The notes under the pieces: model-generated | The model's input: the letters and a program-made list of their open reading frames with translations, nothing else | What the model was told of the DNA's origin: nothing | Database searches by the model: none | Translations under genes and position numbers: made by a program | NCBI GenBank assembly: GCA_000004985.1 | Contig: GG738914.1 | Length of the DNA stretch: 64,000 nucleotides | From: Naegleria gruberi | Taxonomy: Eukaryota | Direction: 5' to 3' (one strand) | Shown: positions 62,347 to 64,000 of the stretch, piece after piece | How positions within the stretch are numbered: the stretch's first letter is position 1 | Layout of the letters: every line of letters begins with the position of its first letter

Positions 62347-63492
62347 ATGAAACCACCAAGTTTCGAATCACAAGTCATAAATTCTTCCAACTCTAAAACA
62401 CAACAAATAACTGCCTTCAACAGTGTTACCTACAATACCGACAATACCATTGCTATCAAATATCTAAACCAATCGAATGGTGACGTTTCCAAAGCCATTG
62501 AAAATTATTTTGATGAACAGGAACAACAGTCAACTGATTCAGATCGATCAAGTATTTCAAATCCTTCCAGTGATGTAATTCGCATTTTGGTTGTTGGTAT
62601 TACAGGTTCTGGTAAATCATCCCTTGTCAATGGAGTTACTGGAAGTACATTAGCAACAAGTGACAATGCCAATGGATGTACCTGTGGATATAAACGACAG
62701 GAATGTGAATACGAAAGTCAAAAATTCGAATTAATCGATACAGCTGGATTTGGTGAAGTTTCTGAAGTTGGAACTGTAAAACCAGATGTTGCTTTCAAAT
62801 CTATTCAAAAATTGGTCAGATATTCATACTCTGGTTACAATTTGATCGTATTTGTGACAACAAAGAAAAAAATTACTCAAACTGATGTTGATCATGTCAA
62901 GCTAATCACAGAGATACTTTGTAAAAACTCCATTCCAACAGTATTACTTGTTAACAAGTCTGAATCTGGTGCTAACAAAATTGATGACATCTGTCAAAAT
63001 AAGTGGCTCAATGATAATAATGGAGCAAATCTGAATGAATTCTACAAAGCTTTTGGAAAGGACACCTTTCGAGCCATTCAACAAATTGCTTTTCCAAAAG
63101 GTGAAAAATCAATCCTTCAACAAATTAGAGAAGCATCCAAAAGGATATTCTTCGAGAAGGTTATTCCCTATGCTTCCCCAACAAGAATTGTCATGAAACA
63201 CACAGTATCTCAATTTCTATCGGATTGTTACAGAACTGAGACAAGTGGTGTAGATGGTACCTCAAAGCATAATTTCATTGTTGGAACCATACTATTGCCC
63301 TTCCTTCCACTCATGTTATGGGCGGAGAGTTTTGAAAAAACCATGAAAAAGAGGGAAATTAAAGAGTTGGAAGAAGAGCACAGTAATTTTTTGGTTTCAA
63401 CCTTATCAATCAGTAAGAAACAGGCAGTACAAATTGCCAAAGAGAGCGTCACCTATGAATTTTCTGAATTGGGATCAGGTTCATGGGAATAA
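62347..63492 (+). CDS. P-loop GTPase, paralogue C, with an N-terminal UBA-like module
   Basis: 381 aa. Residues ~20-60 DNTIAIKYLNQSNGDVSKAIENYFD have a UBA/CUE-like pattern. Then G1 LVVGITGSGKSSLVNGV, NGCT, LIDTAGF, G4 LVNKSE, followed by a longer C-terminal helical/hydrophobic region (ILLPFLPLMLWA). Confidence 0.65.
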   Translation: MKPPSFESQVINSSNSKTQQITAFNSVTYNTDNTIAIKYLNQSNGDVSKAIENYFDEQEQQSTDSDRSSISNPSSDVIRILVVGITGSGKSSLVNGVTGSTLATSDNANGCTCGYKRQECEYESQKFELIDTAGFGEVSEVGTVKPDVAFKSIQKLVRYSYSGYNLIVFVTTKKKITQTDVDHVKLITEILCKNSIPTVLLVNKSESGANKIDDICQNKWLNDNNGANLNEFYKAFGKDTFRAIQQIAFPKGEKSILQQIREASKRIFFEKVIPYASPTRIVMKHTVSQFLSDCYRTETSGVDGTSKHNFIVGTILLPFLPLMLWAESFEKTMKKREIKELEEEHSNFLVSTLSISKKQAVQIAKESVTYEFSELGSGSWE

Positions 63493-63720
63493 CGAGTTGA
63501 CTTGTAAATCCTAACACACGCTCATGCTCTTTCACTCTGTACCTATACCAACCTACCGTGTAACATTCTTGTTAAATTTGCTTTCAATTCCGTTGATTAC
63601 GATCAATCAACATTTTCAAACACAAAACATAAAAGCTTGTTTGTTGTTCAACAATTTTTGCTTTTACAAAATCTGCTCAAAAGTCTGACCTAAATATTTG
63701 AATTCTACAAATCAAAAAAA

Positions 63721-64000
63721 TGTTGTTAGCATCTGTCCTTCTTTCAATCTTTGCAATCTGCTTCACTATTGTGTTGATCATTCTCTGTAAAACTGAATTT
63801 GATTCTGATGAAATTTATGTTTTTCCTTCGGTAAGCATTGACGGAAAGGAAGAAGACAACACGTCATCAATTTTTGAACCATTGCCAACATGCAGTAGTG
63901 CTCCTCTATCATCAACTCATGAAGAAGTGGACGAAAGTGTTCCATTGATCATTGACTTGGGATTATTTGATTGTTATTATGGGAGACCAAAGAATAGTGA
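63721..64000 (+). CDS. 5' part of a gene encoding a protein with an N-terminal TM/signal anchor, running off the window end
   Basis: ATG at 63721, then MLLASVLLSIFAICFTIVLIILCKTEFDSDEIYVFPSVSIDGKEEDN..., open to the end of the window. Confidence 0.3.

Noticed and set aside
1-64000. Mobile elements, CRISPR arrays or prokaryotic operon structure
   Set aside because: I found no transposase (DDE), reverse-transcriptase (YxDD), integrase, LTR or TIR pairs, or direct-repeat/spacer arrays. Gene structure (introns, Pol III tRNAs with introns, eukaryotic housekeeping proteins) is unambiguously eukaryotic.

Overview
This is a 64 kb window of AT-rich (~30% GC) nuclear DNA from a eukaryote, not a prokaryote. 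Genes are densely packed (~45 protein-coding genes on both strands), with short GT..AG introns of 40-95 nt and TACTAAT-like branch points. It contains several Asn/Gln/Ser/Thr-rich low-complexity proteins, two nuclear tRNA genes (one with an intron), and many convergent gene pairs whose stop codons lie only 3-40 bp apart. The style is fungal-like and compatible with an early-diverging or Glomeromycotina-type fungus, but I cannot place it taxonomically from sequence alone.

Recognisable housekeeping genes:
- Ku70 C-terminus
- patatin-like phospholipase
- glutathione S-transferase (GST)
- RCC1-repeat protein
- DYRK-family kinase
- secreted metallophosphatase
- adrenodoxin-type ferredoxin
- eIF4B-like RRM protein
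- CSN7
- FG-nucleoporin Nup54/57
- cytosolic malate dehydrogenase (MDH)
- PinX1/Pxr1 G-patch protein
- Arp5-like actin-related protein
- LOG-family hydrolase
- small Tim protein
- short/branched-chain acyl-CoA dehydrogenase
- P4-type ATPase
- ribosomal protein eL31
- 3'-5' exonuclease
- GT34 and GT8 glycosyltransferases

Lineage-specific or accessory-looking content:
- A recent ~1.6 kb tandem duplication at 769-4015, flanked by two 50-N gaps. One copy of a pentraxin/LamG-like gene is broken by a palindromic deletion junction, and the two copies differ by an A9/A10 homopolymer.
- Three relic gene fragments: a DNA ligase OB-domain fragment, an SLC38 transporter fragment and a tRNA-Met 3' half.
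- A highly divergent alpha-tubulin paralogue.
- A Sel1-repeat protein, an APH-fold phosphotransferase, an F-box/LRR protein and a DUF4116-like 25-aa repeat protein.
- A head-to-head/tail-to-tail trio of paralogous P-loop GTPases of MMR_HSR1/AIG1 type at 60.3-63.5 kb, one carrying a UBA-like N-terminal domain. This is the most system-like candidate in the window.

I see no transposase, reverse transcriptase or CRISPR signatures. All calls rest on reading the sequence and ORF translations by eye; no searches were run.
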